IMG/VR virus record: IMGVR_UViG_3300042196_000297
Location: 1-51,204 of that record
DNA length: 51,204 nucleotides
DNA from: a virus
Lineage: Duplodnaviria; Caudoviricetes
Direction: 5' to 3' (one strand)
In this document: positions 8,807 to 19,131 of the stretch, piece by piece
Numbering within the stretch: the first letter of the stretch is position 1
Layout: each line of letters begins with the position of its first letter
Position numbers and translations under genes: made by a program
Notes under the pieces: generated by a model
What the model was told of the DNA's origin: nothing
Database searches by the model: none
The model's input: only the letters and a program-made list of their open reading frames with translations

Positions 8807-9202
8807 TCATTGGATCGGTCTCAGGGGTTGCACCCCCGGAGGGGCGGTGCGGGTGCCAGGATCCTCCCGCGCTCCTCCGGGAACACGACGAAAGGTGACC
8901 GTCACGGGCTGCCCGCGCACCGAGATTTCCACGGAGGCGATCTCAGGGTGCGCGGCGAGGAAGGCCCCGGCACTCTCCAGGAGCACCGCGACCTCGGAGG
9001 GCGTGACGGTCGCGCCGACCTGGACGCCGAGCGTCAAAGGGCCGAGGCTGAACGACGTTCCAGCGCCGTAGGTTCGGGCGTCGGTCGGGCGCGGTTTGAA
9101 CGCCGCGCATGCAGGAAAGGACAGCGCGCCAGCCAGCACGACCAGGCATGGTCGGAGGAAAGGTAAGTGGATTAGCCAGCCAGCGCGCTGCCGGGGGATC
9201 AT
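8807..9202 (-). CDS. Putative lipoprotein or secreted protein
   Basis: Hydrophobic stretch ending FPAC; overlaps both neighbours. Confidence 0.5.
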   Translation of the reverse strand: MIPRQRAGWLIHLPFLRPCLVVLAGALSFPACAAFKPRPTDARTYGAGTSFSLGPLTLGVQVGATVTPSEVAVLLESAGAFLAAHPEIASVEISVRGQPVTVTFRRVPGGAREDPGTRTAPPGVQPLRPIQ

Positions 9203-9621
9203 CAGGAAAGGTTCGTCCACGGCAGGGCCCCGTTGGCGATCGCGTCGTCGTGATCCACCCAGCCAAACCACTCCGGGTACACCTCGCGCCACGCAGCCTC
9301 CGAGTCCTCGTTGAAGTCGGTGGGCAGAAGTGCCCAATCCTCCTCGGGCGTGTCCTTCTCGATCGTCACGGCGCCGCCGCCGGGAGCCCGCTTGACCTGG
9401 AGGAAGGCCAAGTCCACTGTCTGACCGGGGAGCCCGCTCGGCACGGCCTCCATGCTGGCCTGGATGAGCATGTACGTTCCGTCGGGAACGAAGTGGATTA
9501 TGGCCTTGCCGCTGGCCTCGCGGACGACCTTCGCCACCTCGTAGACGCAGGGGTTCTGATCTACCTCGTAGTGCGCCCACCGCCCGGGGCCGGTCGGCTC
9601 CGGGAGTCGCTTCAGATCCAT
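9202..9621 (-). CDS. Acidic hypothetical protein
   Basis: AAGGAGG RBS; MDLKRLPEP...; globular composition. Confidence 0.7.
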   Translation of the reverse strand: MDLKRLPEPTGPGRWAHYEVDQNPCVYEVAKVVREASGKAIIHFVPDGTYMLIQASMEAVPSGLPGQTVDLAFLQVKRAPGGGAVTIEKDTPEEDWALLPTDFNEDSEAAWREVYPEWFGWVDHDDAIANGALPWTNLS

Positions 9622-9729
9622 GCTGCCTCCTTCTAGCGGCCCGTCCACGCCGGCTAGAAGGAGTCCGGCCTTATCCGGGGACACCCCGGCAGCCGGTACG
9701 GGGACCGACGCTCGCGGGCCGGAGGGAGT

Positions 9730-9987
9730 CTACCGCGCCGGGGGGACCCGAGTCAACTCGCGCTCGAAATCCCGCAGGACCCGCTCCCGCGCCGCGGCAT
9801 CGGGCAGCGTGGCAAGGAGGAGGGCGCGGGTCCGCTCGTGCTCCTCCCGGAAGAACCGACGGTTCGTCTCGGCCTGCGCCGCGAGGCGGTCCACGGCGTA
9901 GAGCATCGAGCAGATCCAGCCGAGGACGACGAAGGCCATCGGGACGACCAGCCCGAGCGTCCAGCGGTTCCAGATCTCGCGGTTCAC
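9730..9987 (-). CDS. Single-TM membrane protein (holin/spanin-like)
   Basis: WTLGLVVPMAFVVLGWICSMLY followed by a charged helix. Confidence 0.6.
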   Translation of the reverse strand: MNREIWNRWTLGLVVPMAFVVLGWICSMLYAVDRLAAQAETNRRFFREEHERTRALLLATLPDAAARERVLRDFERELTRVPPAR

Positions 9988-10111
9988 GGGATCGCCCTCC
10001 GCGCGGCGTGGGCGCGAGCCTCCGTCAGCGTGGCCCGGAAGGCGCGGACCTCGAGCATCAGGTCCTCGCGTGCCCGCTCGGCGGCGTCTAGCGCGAGCAC
10101 GAGCCGCAGCC

Positions 10112-10447
10112 CTAACGCGGGCGGCCCCTCGGCCGGTCCTGGTCCCGGACCAGGTGCTCCCGCACCTCCCGCAGGATCTCCCGCACCTCCCCGTCGAGGA
10201 TCGTCCGCCCTTCCTCGATCCGGATGACCCGCTCGGCCAGCGCCTCCGACCGGGCCAGCGCCGCCGCCCGCTCCTCGGAGCGCTCCTTCCTTTCCGTCCG
10301 GTACGTCTGCCAGATGATACCCAACGCCGTTAGCACCAAGGGGAGCGGCAGCCAGTCCCGGATTTCCTTCGCCGCCCCGTCGATCTCCGCCAGGAGCGGG
10401 CAGAGCGAGGAGATGATCGAGCCCGCAGCCTCGGACATGGCAGTCAT
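10112..10447 (-). CDS. Single-TM coiled-coil membrane protein (holin-like)
   Basis: AGGAG RBS; WLPLPLVLTALGIIW followed by a coiled coil. Confidence 0.6.
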   Translation of the reverse strand: MTAMSEAAGSIISSLCPLLAEIDGAAKEIRDWLPLPLVLTALGIIWQTYRTERKERSEERAAALARSEALAERVIRIEEGRTILDGEVREILREVREHLVRDQDRPRGRPR

Positions 10448-10453
10448 GGCACA

Positions 10454-10723
10454 TCAGGCTCCTCCTGCGGCTTCCCTCTCCGCGCCTCCCGGCGCGCATC
10501 CCGCAGCGGTGGGTAGGTCGAGCGCGGCGGTCAAGCGGCGCGCGCACGACGGACAGGTGACGACGAGCCGGGCCCGCGCGTCGGCATGAAGCCGGACCTC
10601 GGCGTGGGGCGCGACGCCCGCGGCGCAGAGCGGCGCGAGCCCCTCGACATGGAGGGCGCTGGTCGTCCAGGCGTGGACGAGGGTGCCGAGGACGTCGGGG
10701 ACGTAGTGGACGGTGGCGGTCAT
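10454..10723 (-). CDS. Small Cys/His hypothetical protein
   Basis: MTATVHYV...H...PLC...VTCPSC; ATGA overlap. Confidence 0.55.
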   Translation of the reverse strand: MTATVHYVPDVLGTLVHAWTTSALHVEGLAPLCAAGVAPHAEVRLHADARARLVVTCPSCARRLTAALDLPTAAGCAPGGAEREAAGGA

Positions 10724-11028
10724 GGGGCGCCCTCCCAGGAGCAGGCGCAGTCCTGCGCGCCGCAGCCCGTGGCGCCGTGCCACGAGGCTGGGTGTCCGCA
10801 CGTCGGGCAGCCGTCGCGGGGCGGGGCGTTCGCCTCGGCGCGCCCGGCTACGCGATGGATGCACCGTGGCACCGTGAGGATGCCCTCCGGTCGGTTCTCG
10901 CGCGAGTCCCGGTGGATCGCGCCCGGCGTCGCGGGGCAGGGGGCGTCTCCTTGGAAATCCATCGAGGCGGCGGCGGCGTTGGCCTCCATCGTGAGATGCC
11001 ACCGGCCGCAGCAGGCGGTGTCGCTCAT
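10720..11028 (-). CDS. Small Cys-rich hypothetical protein
   Basis: MSDTACCG...CPTCGHPASWH...C...CAC. Confidence 0.5.
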   Translation of the reverse strand: MSDTACCGRWHLTMEANAAAASMDFQGDAPCPATPGAIHRDSRENRPEGILTVPRCIHRVAGRAEANAPPRDGCPTCGHPASWHGATGCGAQDCACSWEGAP

Positions 11029-11337
11029 GGTCCGTAGGCCCTCTCTCCTGCGCCCGAGGGGATCTCGCCCGGGTGGACGCAGTAGACCAGCGAGCGCACG
11101 TCGCCTCCCTCGCGCCAGGAGTGGACCTGGTGGACCCCGCCATCGCCGTGTGGGCACGGGACGGGCTGGACATCCGACGCGCCGGGGCTCCAGGTGGCCC
11201 CGCCTCGCGTGAACAGGTGCGGCGCGGAGCATCCGTTCATTGCCACCCCGCCAGCCGCGCGAGCGCGTAGAGGAGGGCGAGGACGAACAGACCCGTGACG
11301 GCCACGGCCCACCACGGCGCGTCGCGGACAGGGGCGG

Positions 11338-11757
11338 TCACGGGGCCTTGGCCTCGCCGTTCTCCTCGACCTTCGCCGCCTCCGCGGCCTCCTTGGCGGC
11401 GAGGAGGATCGGCGTGACGGCCGGGTTCGTGGCTTCGTGGACGAGCGCGGCGGCGAGCGCCTTGACGAGCCCTTCGCGGATCGCCGGGGCGAGCGTCACG
11501 GTCACGAGGGCGGCGCGGTCAAGGGCGAAGCCCTGCGCCTTGATCTGCTCCGCCTGGGCGGGGGTCAGACGCCGACGCGGATCGAAGTGGGGCGGCATGT
11601 TCAGCGGGATCGCGGCGTCGAGCGCCTCCCCGAACAAGCGGAGATTGCGCGCGGCGAGGTAGTCGCCCTCGGCCTTCTTCTCCCACCGCATGGAGGCGGC
11701 GGGATAGACGATCTCGATCCAGTCGTAGGGATGGAGCGTGATCTTGACGATGCTCAC
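11338..11757 (-). CDS. Hypothetical protein
   Basis: GTG start coupled to the upstream stop; high-GC3 frame. Confidence 0.6.
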   Translation of the reverse strand: MSIVKITLHPYDWIEIVYPAASMRWEKKAEGDYLAARNLRLFGEALDAAIPLNMPPHFDPRRRLTPAQAEQIKAQGFALDRAALVTVTLAPAIREGLVKALAAALVHEATNPAVTPILLAAKEAAEAAKVEENGEAKAP

Positions 11758-11993
11758 GCGAGCACCGTGGCGTCGAGGACGTTCTTCACGAGGGCGCGGC
11801 ACTGGGCGAGCGCGTCGGGGGTCCTCCGTGCCCAGGGGAGCACGAGGACGCGCCGCCCGTCAGGGGCGGCGTCGGCGAACCGCTCCTCCAGCCGCGCGGC
11901 GACGCTGGTCAGGAGCGCTTTGCCGCGCCCGCCGTAGTGCTCGACCAGGGCATCGGCGTACTGGAGGACAGAGGGGTGGAGTCGGAGGATCAT
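11754..11993 (-). CDS. Hypothetical protein
   Basis: Start/stop overlaps at both ends. Confidence 0.55.
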   Translation of the reverse strand: MILRLHPSVLQYADALVEHYGGRGKALLTSVAARLEERFADAAPDGRRVLVLPWARRTPDALAQCRALVKNVLDATVLA

Positions 11994-12089
11994 GCGAATA
12001 CCGTGGCGTCGAGGAGCGCGGAGACGAGCGGGACGCAGGCGGGAAGAATCTCGATCTTCATGGTCATCCTCCTCCCGGGCGGGTGTCCC

Positions 12090-12392
12090 CTAGGCGGGGG
12101 CCGGTGTCCGGGTGGTCCGCTTGAGATGGAGGGCCGAGCGCGCAGCGGGATCGCGCTCGGCCTGGTCGAGGAGTCGGCGCAGGGTAGCATCGGACCGCTC
12201 GCCCGCGATGGGAGGAACGGTCACGACGCGACGCAGGAGCGCCGTGGCAAGGCTCACGCGCTGGAGGTGCCGCTCGGGCAGGACGATCTCGATCTCCTGC
12301 GCGGCGTCGAGCCGGGAATGGTAGCGCAGCGTCCGGCGCTCCCGGTCGATGGCCTGCGCCACCGTCTCGCCGGGGCGGAGGAGGGCGCGCAT
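12090..12392 (-). CDS. Hypothetical protein
   Basis: ATG directly after the tail-fibre stop. Confidence 0.55.
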   Translation of the reverse strand: MRALLRPGETVAQAIDRERRTLRYHSRLDAAQEIEIVLPERHLQRVSLATALLRRVVTVPPIAGERSDATLRRLLDQAERDPAARSALHLKRTTRTPAPA

Positions 12393-12393
12393 G

Positions 12394-13890
12394 TCAGGCC
12401 GCGATGAGTCCGTGCGTGACGAGCGCCGCGTGGATGTCCGCCGCGGTGACGGCCACGCCGGTCACCCGCGCGCCGACGACCTGGGTGCCAGCGACCTTGA
12501 ACACGCCCGCCGCGAGCACATCCCCCGCCTTGTTCACCGCGAACTTGCTGGCCGCTCCGACGAGGTAGTCCACGAAGAGCGAGCCCGCCGCGCTCGCCGT
12601 GTCGGTAATCTCGATGGTGGCGGCCTTGAACGTGATTGCCACGTTGTTCCAGGTCTGTATCACTCGGAGGGCCGGAGCAAGGGCTGTAATAGTTCCAGAA
12701 TTTACATATATGAGCGCCTGCCCATTCGCGAGCATGTACATGCCGCCGTTGTACCAATACGCTTGTTCTGTCCCACCGTGGTGCACAGCGGGAGAACCTG
12801 CGTCACCTCCATGACCTCCGAATCCCGAGTTAGTAGAATTATCGATACGGTAGACGGGCACGCCGTTGCTGTCGGCGCTGCTTTTGATTGGCACAGACAC
12901 CGACATGAGTGTCGTAGCGACCGTCAGCCGCGTCGCATACGTCTGCGCTCCCGTACCCGACCCCACGGCCGTCGGAGTCTGGAAGATGAACGCGGGAGCA
13001 GTCACCGCGGCGTTGCCCGTGCCGAGCCCCGTCCTCCACGTCACGCCAGCGCCCGCCACGTTCGTGTCCGTCCCCGCCCGCGCCGACTCCCCCAACGTGA
13101 ACACCTGCGCCAGAGGCGTCGCGGAGTCCGCGCTGCCCATGCGCAACGACGCCGCCCCCAGCCGCGCCAGCGTCACGTCCTGCGCGTCCCCGAACCGCAA
13201 GAGCCCCGCGTCGCTGTTCAGGTCGAGCGCGCCCGTGTCGTCGATGAGGACGACCGAGTTCTGCAGGAGCTTCCCGGTCGCCAGGTCGAACCGCGCGACC
13301 GCGTTGTCCGTCGAGGAGCCGGGGCCGACCACGTCGCCCGAGCCGCCGAACGCCGCGCCGTCCGCGTTCAGCACCGCGCCGTCCGTCCCGCTCGTGGCCG
13401 TCGCCTCGCCACCCGCCGCGTTCGTGGCGATGGTGAGCGTACGGAGTCCACGCTTGCGCGTCAGATAGACGACGGCTCCTACCGCAGCAGCCGACAAGAG
13501 GGTATTGAGACTTGCCGATGCGTTGATCGCCGCCGCGAGGTTCGTGGCGGTCACCGCCGCGGAAGTGATCGAAAGGAAGTCCTGCCCCGCACCCTCGGTC
13601 AACACCACGGCCGCGCCGTTAGGGGTGAGGGTGAACGTCTTGCCGGAGAACGTGGTGATGATGGTGTAGAACCGAGCGCCCAACCCCGGCGTGAGGTAGA
13701 GGTCCGCGCCCGTGCGGTTAGCACCCGTCGCCTGCGGCCACGCGTTCGGAGCGGCAAGAACCAGAGGAGAGGGAGCTACGTCCGTGATGGGCGAAGACCG
13801 GAGAGCCGCAACGCGGCCCGCCTTCGGCGCAACTCCATCCGCTTCCGGACTCCAGGGCGACGTACCCTGCGGCGGCGCAAGCGGCGGCAC
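12394..13890 (-). CDS. Tail fibre / receptor-binding protein
   Basis: Gly/Ala/Thr-rich beta composition; GDVVGPGSSTDNAVARFD segment; C-terminal KVAGTQVVGAR...LVTHGLI typical of fibres; last gene of the tail module. Confidence 0.75.
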   Translation of the reverse strand: MPPLAPPQGTSPWSPEADGVAPKAGRVAALRSSPITDVAPSPLVLAAPNAWPQATGANRTGADLYLTPGLGARFYTIITTFSGKTFTLTPNGAAVVLTEGAGQDFLSITSAAVTATNLAAAINASASLNTLLSAAAVGAVVYLTRKRGLRTLTIATNAAGGEATATSGTDGAVLNADGAAFGGSGDVVGPGSSTDNAVARFDLATGKLLQNSVVLIDDTGALDLNSDAGLLRFGDAQDVTLARLGAASLRMGSADSATPLAQVFTLGESARAGTDTNVAGAGVTWRTGLGTGNAAVTAPAFIFQTPTAVGSGTGAQTYATRLTVATTLMSVSVPIKSSADSNGVPVYRIDNSTNSGFGGHGGDAGSPAVHHGGTEQAYWYNGGMYMLANGQALIYVNSGTITALAPALRVIQTWNNVAITFKAATIEITDTASAAGSLFVDYLVGAASKFAVNKAGDVLAAGVFKVAGTQVVGARVTGVAVTAADIHAALVTHGLIAA

Positions 13891-13891
13891 G

Positions 13892-14236
13892 TCAGGCGCT
13901 CCTCACGGCGTGGACCACAAGGGAGGAGATGATCCCGTCCGTCTCGACCTCGAAGTCGTAGAGAGCGTCAGGCCGGACAGGCTCAACGCGCCAGGCGTAG
14001 AGATCGCCCGCGGTGAGCGTGGCCGACTCCTGGAGGCCGTACTTGTTCGTGTCGGCCCCGACCTTCTCTGTGACGTTGAAGACACTCGACGTTCCGAGCG
14101 CCACCGCCACATCGAGACCCGTGGTCCCGGCCGGCGGCGTGAGCGGCGCGGAGTTGGCCGCGTTAATGATCCCCGTGTTGGCCCCCGGCGCGGCCTGGTC
14201 GTGCGCCGTGAAGACGATGATTTTTCGCTCAGCCAT
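13892..14236 (-). CDS. Small structural protein
   Basis: AGGAGG RBS; beta-rich composition; located in the tail module. Confidence 0.65.
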   Translation of the reverse strand: MAERKIIVFTAHDQAAPGANTGIINAANSAPLTPPAGTTGLDVAVALGTSSVFNVTEKVGADTNKYGLQESATLTAGDLYAWRVEPVRPDALYDFEVETDGIISSLVVHAVRSA

Positions 14237-14326
14237 GCCGCACCTCCTGGCCCCGCCGGACCGTTCGTTCGGAAGGCGCCGTTACAAGGAGCAAGAGAAC
14301 GCCGGGAAGGATACCACGAGCAGGGC

Positions 14327-16993
14327 TCACGCAAGAAGCCCCAGGGTCTGCAGGTCCGCCACGAGCGTCCCGAGCACGTCCGCCACCTCGGCCAGCGTCG
14401 TGGCGTCCGCGTCGAATCCACGGTCCGGCGTGACGTTGGCCGCGAGGTAGGTCTGCCGGGTGGTAGGGGCCGCCCCGAGAAAGCCGATCCCGCCCGCGGT
14501 CCCGACCTTGAGGGCCGTGGTCAGTGCCCCGGCCGCCGAGACCCCGGCCACGATGAGCGTCCCGTCCGTGTCGCGGTAGGCGGTGACGCCGGTCTTGACC
14601 CCACCCGTCGTAAGGTTGGGAAGTGCCCAAGCCGAACGAACGCTCGGTCCGAACACGACGTACGGTGTCGAAAGCGACTCCCAGGCGTGAGCGTAGTCCG
14701 TCTCCGAGTCTCCGAGATCCACTTCCGGCGGCAGGTAGACGACGCCGCCCGGCCCGGTTCCGCCCGGATAGCGCGACCCCGCCGGCCGCTGCGTGTACGT
14801 GTACTCGCCCACCTGCTCGGCTCCGTACGCCTCGAGCCTGAGCGTCGTGGGTCGGATGGCGTCGTAGCGGGCCACCTGCTCGTCCGTAGGTCGGACGGCG
14901 GTTCGGAAGTCAGGCGATCCGTGCGACATGGGCTGAGGCCGGAAGGTCTGGGCCGTGGTGCCCAAGGGCAGGTTCGTGGCCGACACCGCCTGCTCGCCAT
15001 CCCCGGGATCGTGCGCCCGGACACGATCTGCGCCTTGAAGCAAGCTGAACGGAGGAGGCGTCCCGGGACCACGGGGGCGGTTGAACGGCGTGTCAGCCGG
15101 ACTATCGCTGTACTGATCGCCGATGATGGGGGTCGTAACCGGAGGATCCGTGGGGGTGATCTGAGGCGGCGGCGGCTCGTTTGCAGGCGGGTTGACCGGC
15201 GTGGGCGTCGTGGTCGGTGGCGTCGTAGTCGGCGGCGTCGGCGTCGGATCGCCTGGCGTCTTCGTCGGCGGCCCCCCCGTAGGAGGCGGTTCGCCATCGC
15301 CTGGCGACCTCGTCGGCGGTCCTCCGCCGGTCGGGATATACATCGGGACCTCGGCCCACCAGTCCCACAGGCCCTCGCGGATGCCACCCGGGAAGTGATG
15401 TCGCTTCGATCGGTTGAGCTCAAAATGGACGGGGGCCTTGTACGGGAAGGGCGTCACTTTCGGGTAGTCCCGTCGCGCAAACGCCATCGGCGCATCGTGT
15501 TCGTCGTCGGCCCGAAATAGCGAACTGGTCGTCAGGTGGTTGGCGTTGATGGGCTCGCCCTCGCCGGTGACGCCGAGCCGGTGTTGGTCCTTTTGAGAAC
15601 CCACCTCCAACGGCCCTCCGGCTCTGGCCGACGAAAGGGCGACCACCAAGCCGGTCGAATTCTCGGCTCCTCCCTGCGCACTTCCGGCCCCGGAAGCCAC
15701 ACCAGCTGCGGCGCCTCCGATGACCGGGGCCGCCGACGCCTGAGACGTCGTGGAGGGGAGCGACTCGAGGCCGGCGGGCTGCATCCGGTTCACGGACTCG
15801 AACGAGGCTGACGCCTTACCGCCGCCTGAAGCAACCGAAACCTCTCCCGGTATGATCTCCGTAGCGGATGCTCGGCCATCCGGCGCGTCGATGACGATCC
15901 CATATCCGGCCACGCCGGAGCGACCTGCCCGCGTGAGCAACCACGCCAACGCGTTGCCCTGACCCATCGGGATGACACCGTTCGGCGTCCGAACGACGCG
16001 CATCATAGACCCAAGCCGAGCGAAAGTCTCCAAGTCGTAAGCATGCCCCTCGGTCAGATCGTAGACCGTCGTCCCATGATCGGCCCGGCCCCCCCGGTGG
16101 TTGGCTACAAGGCGCGGGTCACCGTGGGCGTACACCGGGTCCTGAATCGCTTCCTCTGTCGAAGGGAGAACGGTTCCCACGCTCCCGTTGGGAAGCGAAG
16201 GCCATCCAAGCGGGAGCGGGATGCGAAGACCTCGCATCCGAGTATCGGTCACATAGTCTGAGCCCCAGATCGGGAGCGTTCGGACGGGCTCGGCCTCGAC
16301 GCTTTCTCCGGCATTGATGGCCTGGGCCTGTCCCTGCCATGCTTTGACATCGCCCCCAGCAGATGGTCCAGCGTCGGGGTTGGAAGGATCGAGCTTGCCC
16401 GGAAGGTCGTAGATCGGCCCGAGGTACCGGAGAAGGTTCTGGCCGAACACGTTGTCAGCCGTGGCCCCCGGGATGCCGCCCCGTCCCGGAGGACGCCAGT
16501 ACGATCCACCCGGGCCTGGTTTGAACCCCCCACGCTGACGCCGGCCGTCGATCGTGATGATCGGGCCCCCGTTCGGCGGACCGATGCCGCCCGCAATGAT
16601 GTGACCGCCGGGGCCGGGATGGAGTCCGCCCTTGCCCTTCTTCTCGCCCACGTTCGTCTTGCCACCCGACCCGCCGCCCCCCCCTCCATCGGGGCCGGAC
16701 CCGAGCACATCCACGCCGCCTGCATGGCCCTGAAGCGTCACCACGTCCGGCGGCGTGTCTGCGATAGTCGGGACTGCGAAGCCCCAGGTCGGCATAGGCC
16801 GGATGGCCGCCGGCCAGCACACTCCGCCCAGAATGTCACCGCACGCTTCCCGGTCTAGGACCAGTTGCTCCGCTTCGTCCAGCCCTTTCACCCGGACCGC
16901 TCCGCGCACCGTGCGGGTCGAAAGCGCGATGTTTTCCCGGTGATCCTGGAGCGGCCACCATCCGCCATTGAGGAGATCGGCGATGAAACTCAC
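14327..16993 (-). CDS. Large tail / minor structural protein with Gly-rich and Pro/Thr-rich linkers
   Basis: 888 aa; fibre-like C-terminus IGFLGAAP...LVADLQTLGLLA. Confidence 0.7.
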   Translation of the reverse strand: MSFIADLLNGGWWPLQDHRENIALSTRTVRGAVRVKGLDEAEQLVLDREACGDILGGVCWPAAIRPMPTWGFAVPTIADTPPDVVTLQGHAGGVDVLGSGPDGGGGGGSGGKTNVGEKKGKGGLHPGPGGHIIAGGIGPPNGGPIITIDGRRQRGGFKPGPGGSYWRPPGRGGIPGATADNVFGQNLLRYLGPIYDLPGKLDPSNPDAGPSAGGDVKAWQGQAQAINAGESVEAEPVRTLPIWGSDYVTDTRMRGLRIPLPLGWPSLPNGSVGTVLPSTEEAIQDPVYAHGDPRLVANHRGGRADHGTTVYDLTEGHAYDLETFARLGSMMRVVRTPNGVIPMGQGNALAWLLTRAGRSGVAGYGIVIDAPDGRASATEIIPGEVSVASGGGKASASFESVNRMQPAGLESLPSTTSQASAAPVIGGAAAGVASGAGSAQGGAENSTGLVVALSSARAGGPLEVGSQKDQHRLGVTGEGEPINANHLTTSSLFRADDEHDAPMAFARRDYPKVTPFPYKAPVHFELNRSKRHHFPGGIREGLWDWWAEVPMYIPTGGGPPTRSPGDGEPPPTGGPPTKTPGDPTPTPPTTTPPTTTPTPVNPPANEPPPPQITPTDPPVTTPIIGDQYSDSPADTPFNRPRGPGTPPPFSLLQGADRVRAHDPGDGEQAVSATNLPLGTTAQTFRPQPMSHGSPDFRTAVRPTDEQVARYDAIRPTTLRLEAYGAEQVGEYTYTQRPAGSRYPGGTGPGGVVYLPPEVDLGDSETDYAHAWESLSTPYVVFGPSVRSAWALPNLTTGGVKTGVTAYRDTDGTLIVAGVSAAGALTTALKVGTAGGIGFLGAAPTTRQTYLAANVTPDRGFDADATTLAEVADVLGTLVADLQTLGLLA

Positions 16994-19131
16994 GGCTGCA
17001 CCTCGGCAAAGACCTTAGCCCGCACCGAACTCGGGAGCATGGAGAACAGGTCAATGGGACTGATTTCGGTCGGAAGCATCAAGGTCGTAAGCGCCGCGCC
17101 GTTGGTCAGCACGCGGTGGTCCACGGTGGAGAGCGCCCCCGTGGGGTGGACCTCAGGCGCCAAGTGGACCGTCTTCGTCCCCTGCCACCGATCTGTCAGG
17201 CGCGCATAGACCATGGCCGCCGCCGCCTTCGCCAGGGTGCTCACCACGTCCTCGTTCACGAGCAGATTGTCGTTGGCGGGAGGCTCGAAATCGAGAGGAG
17301 CCGCGACGTTGCCGACCACGCCGAACACGTTTCCGATGGATTCGGCGAAGTCTTCCGTCCAGACGAATCGGGCCGTGGCCCGCCCCTGCATAGGCGCGAT
17401 CATCACATCCCACTCGGGTCCGTTAGTGGGCGTGATCGAGACCCCGGAAACGAGCCCGACGACATCGGCTGCCGCAACATCCCTCCGGTAGAGCTGCTTC
17501 GTCGAATTGGGCGCGGCCGGGACCGCCGTTACCACGACCGCCACGCGATGGGTCGAGGACAACGCGATGCCGTTCACGCCTTCCACCTTCGCGTCGCCGG
17601 CCACGATGGGATACTTGAGGGCCTGGGCGAAATCGAAGGTGACATTCGTACCGGCACCCCCAGCATCGTCCACGATGAACGAAGGCTCGATCGACGCGAA
17701 GTTGCCGAACATGTCGGCCTCGAACTCGATGCGGAAGATACCCAACTGCTGGTCTACCATTTGAACCCTGGCCGGGGCCTGGTTCCCGGCCGAGAGTAGC
17801 GTCGTAGGCGAGCCAGGGTAGCCGTGAACGTTAAGGAACATGAACACCCGGCCGCTGTCCTTCCCATTGACGACCGCATTCTGGAACTTGGCATTGGGCC
17901 GGACCGCGAAGTCGGTATAGACCGGGGCGTCGGCGTAGGTGCTGGTCTCGACGTCGGCCAACGCCACACGGTAGGACTTCCAGGACCGAATGCGGCTCAT
18001 GTACGGCGTGGGGATGCGGTAGGTCCGCCGATAGTGGTAGCGGATGGCCGCGATCCGGACCGCCCACGCCGCATTGATTTCCAGGTTTCCGAGAGAAGCG
18101 TACTGGGCCCAGAGCGTGTTCGTGAACCAGTATTTCTGGATCGACGCGAACGTGAGCGGAATCGTGGCCGTGGCCGGGCGGATCGCGTTCAAGGCCGCGA
18201 GGTAGCGCCCCATCTCGATCCATTCTCCGGTTGTCGCCACATCGCCGTTGCCAAGCGTCAGTTCCAGGTCCGGGATCTGGACCACGTTTTCGAGAAGGCG
18301 GTCAATGGTTCCTTTCGCCGTCGTGCGCGTGTCATCTTCCTGCAGCGAGTCGAAGCGCAGTTCCTGCTCGCGCACGAAGTGGACCCGCACCTTGCTCGGA
18401 CGGATGGCTCCGTACCGGGCGAAGACTGGATGCCCTTGGCCGAAGACCTCGGGCCGTTGATTCAGGAGCGCGCCCACGTTCGCCTGATTGACTGAATCGT
18501 AGACCCGGATCGTACCTTCGTCGTCCACGTACACGTCGGCACCCGGTGCGTACGAAAGCGCGCGCGCCAGCGCCCCGTGGCCTTGGTCCTCGATCTCCAC
18601 GCTGTCGGTCACGAGTTCTCGAGCCGGGAACCCGTCAATCGCATAGGCATCGCCGACCAAGAGATTCAGCACATCCTCGACGATCTCCCGGGCCTTCCAC
18701 CGCGTCTTCCCGTCCTTGAGCGAGTAGTCACGGTAGGCCACGTCGTCGATGACGGGCTGCTGTTGGATCGGAGCTCCGGTCGCCAACCGCCTGCGCTCGC
18801 CCGTCCTCCATCGTAGGTTGTAAGCTCGGTGGATCAGGATACGGGGCCATCTCCATCTCCGGTCGGCCAGCACGAACCCGCGGTAGAACGGGAGCGAGCC
18901 GCCGACCTCGGCCACGAGGTAGAGGTAAAGGGCCTTGTAGATCGCTTTCTCCGAGTCCGCCGCATGAATGACCAACGACACGGGCTGTCCCATCTTCTTG
19001 CGGAGAACATCGGCCTCGTCCTCGTGGACCTCGAGTATCTCGGTGCGGGGCACGGTTCCCGAGCGAGGCCCCCAGGTGATGGGCCGGATGAGCGAGAGTG
19101 CTTGGTCGCCGAGCGTGACCCGGATGGCCAT
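16990..19131 (-). CDS. Putative tail tip / hub protein
   Basis: 713 aa from MAIRVTLG; position after the tape-measure-like gene; overlaps both neighbours. Confidence 0.6.
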   Translation of the reverse strand: MAIRVTLGDQALSLIRPITWGPRSGTVPRTEILEVHEDEADVLRKKMGQPVSLVIHAADSEKAIYKALYLYLVAEVGGSLPFYRGFVLADRRWRWPRILIHRAYNLRWRTGERRRLATGAPIQQQPVIDDVAYRDYSLKDGKTRWKAREIVEDVLNLLVGDAYAIDGFPARELVTDSVEIEDQGHGALARALSYAPGADVYVDDEGTIRVYDSVNQANVGALLNQRPEVFGQGHPVFARYGAIRPSKVRVHFVREQELRFDSLQEDDTRTTAKGTIDRLLENVVQIPDLELTLGNGDVATTGEWIEMGRYLAALNAIRPATATIPLTFASIQKYWFTNTLWAQYASLGNLEINAAWAVRIAAIRYHYRRTYRIPTPYMSRIRSWKSYRVALADVETSTYADAPVYTDFAVRPNAKFQNAVVNGKDSGRVFMFLNVHGYPGSPTTLLSAGNQAPARVQMVDQQLGIFRIEFEADMFGNFASIEPSFIVDDAGGAGTNVTFDFAQALKYPIVAGDAKVEGVNGIALSSTHRVAVVVTAVPAAPNSTKQLYRRDVAAADVVGLVSGVSITPTNGPEWDVMIAPMQGRATARFVWTEDFAESIGNVFGVVGNVAAPLDFEPPANDNLLVNEDVVSTLAKAAAAMVYARLTDRWQGTKTVHLAPEVHPTGALSTVDHRVLTNGAALTTLMLPTEISPIDLFSMLPSSVRAKVFAEVQP

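Noticed and set aside
10251-10266. 16-nt match (CGGGCCAGCGCCGCCG) to spacer 3 as a self-target
   Set aside because: Partial, almost all GC, and the flanks do not match; plausible by chance in this genome.
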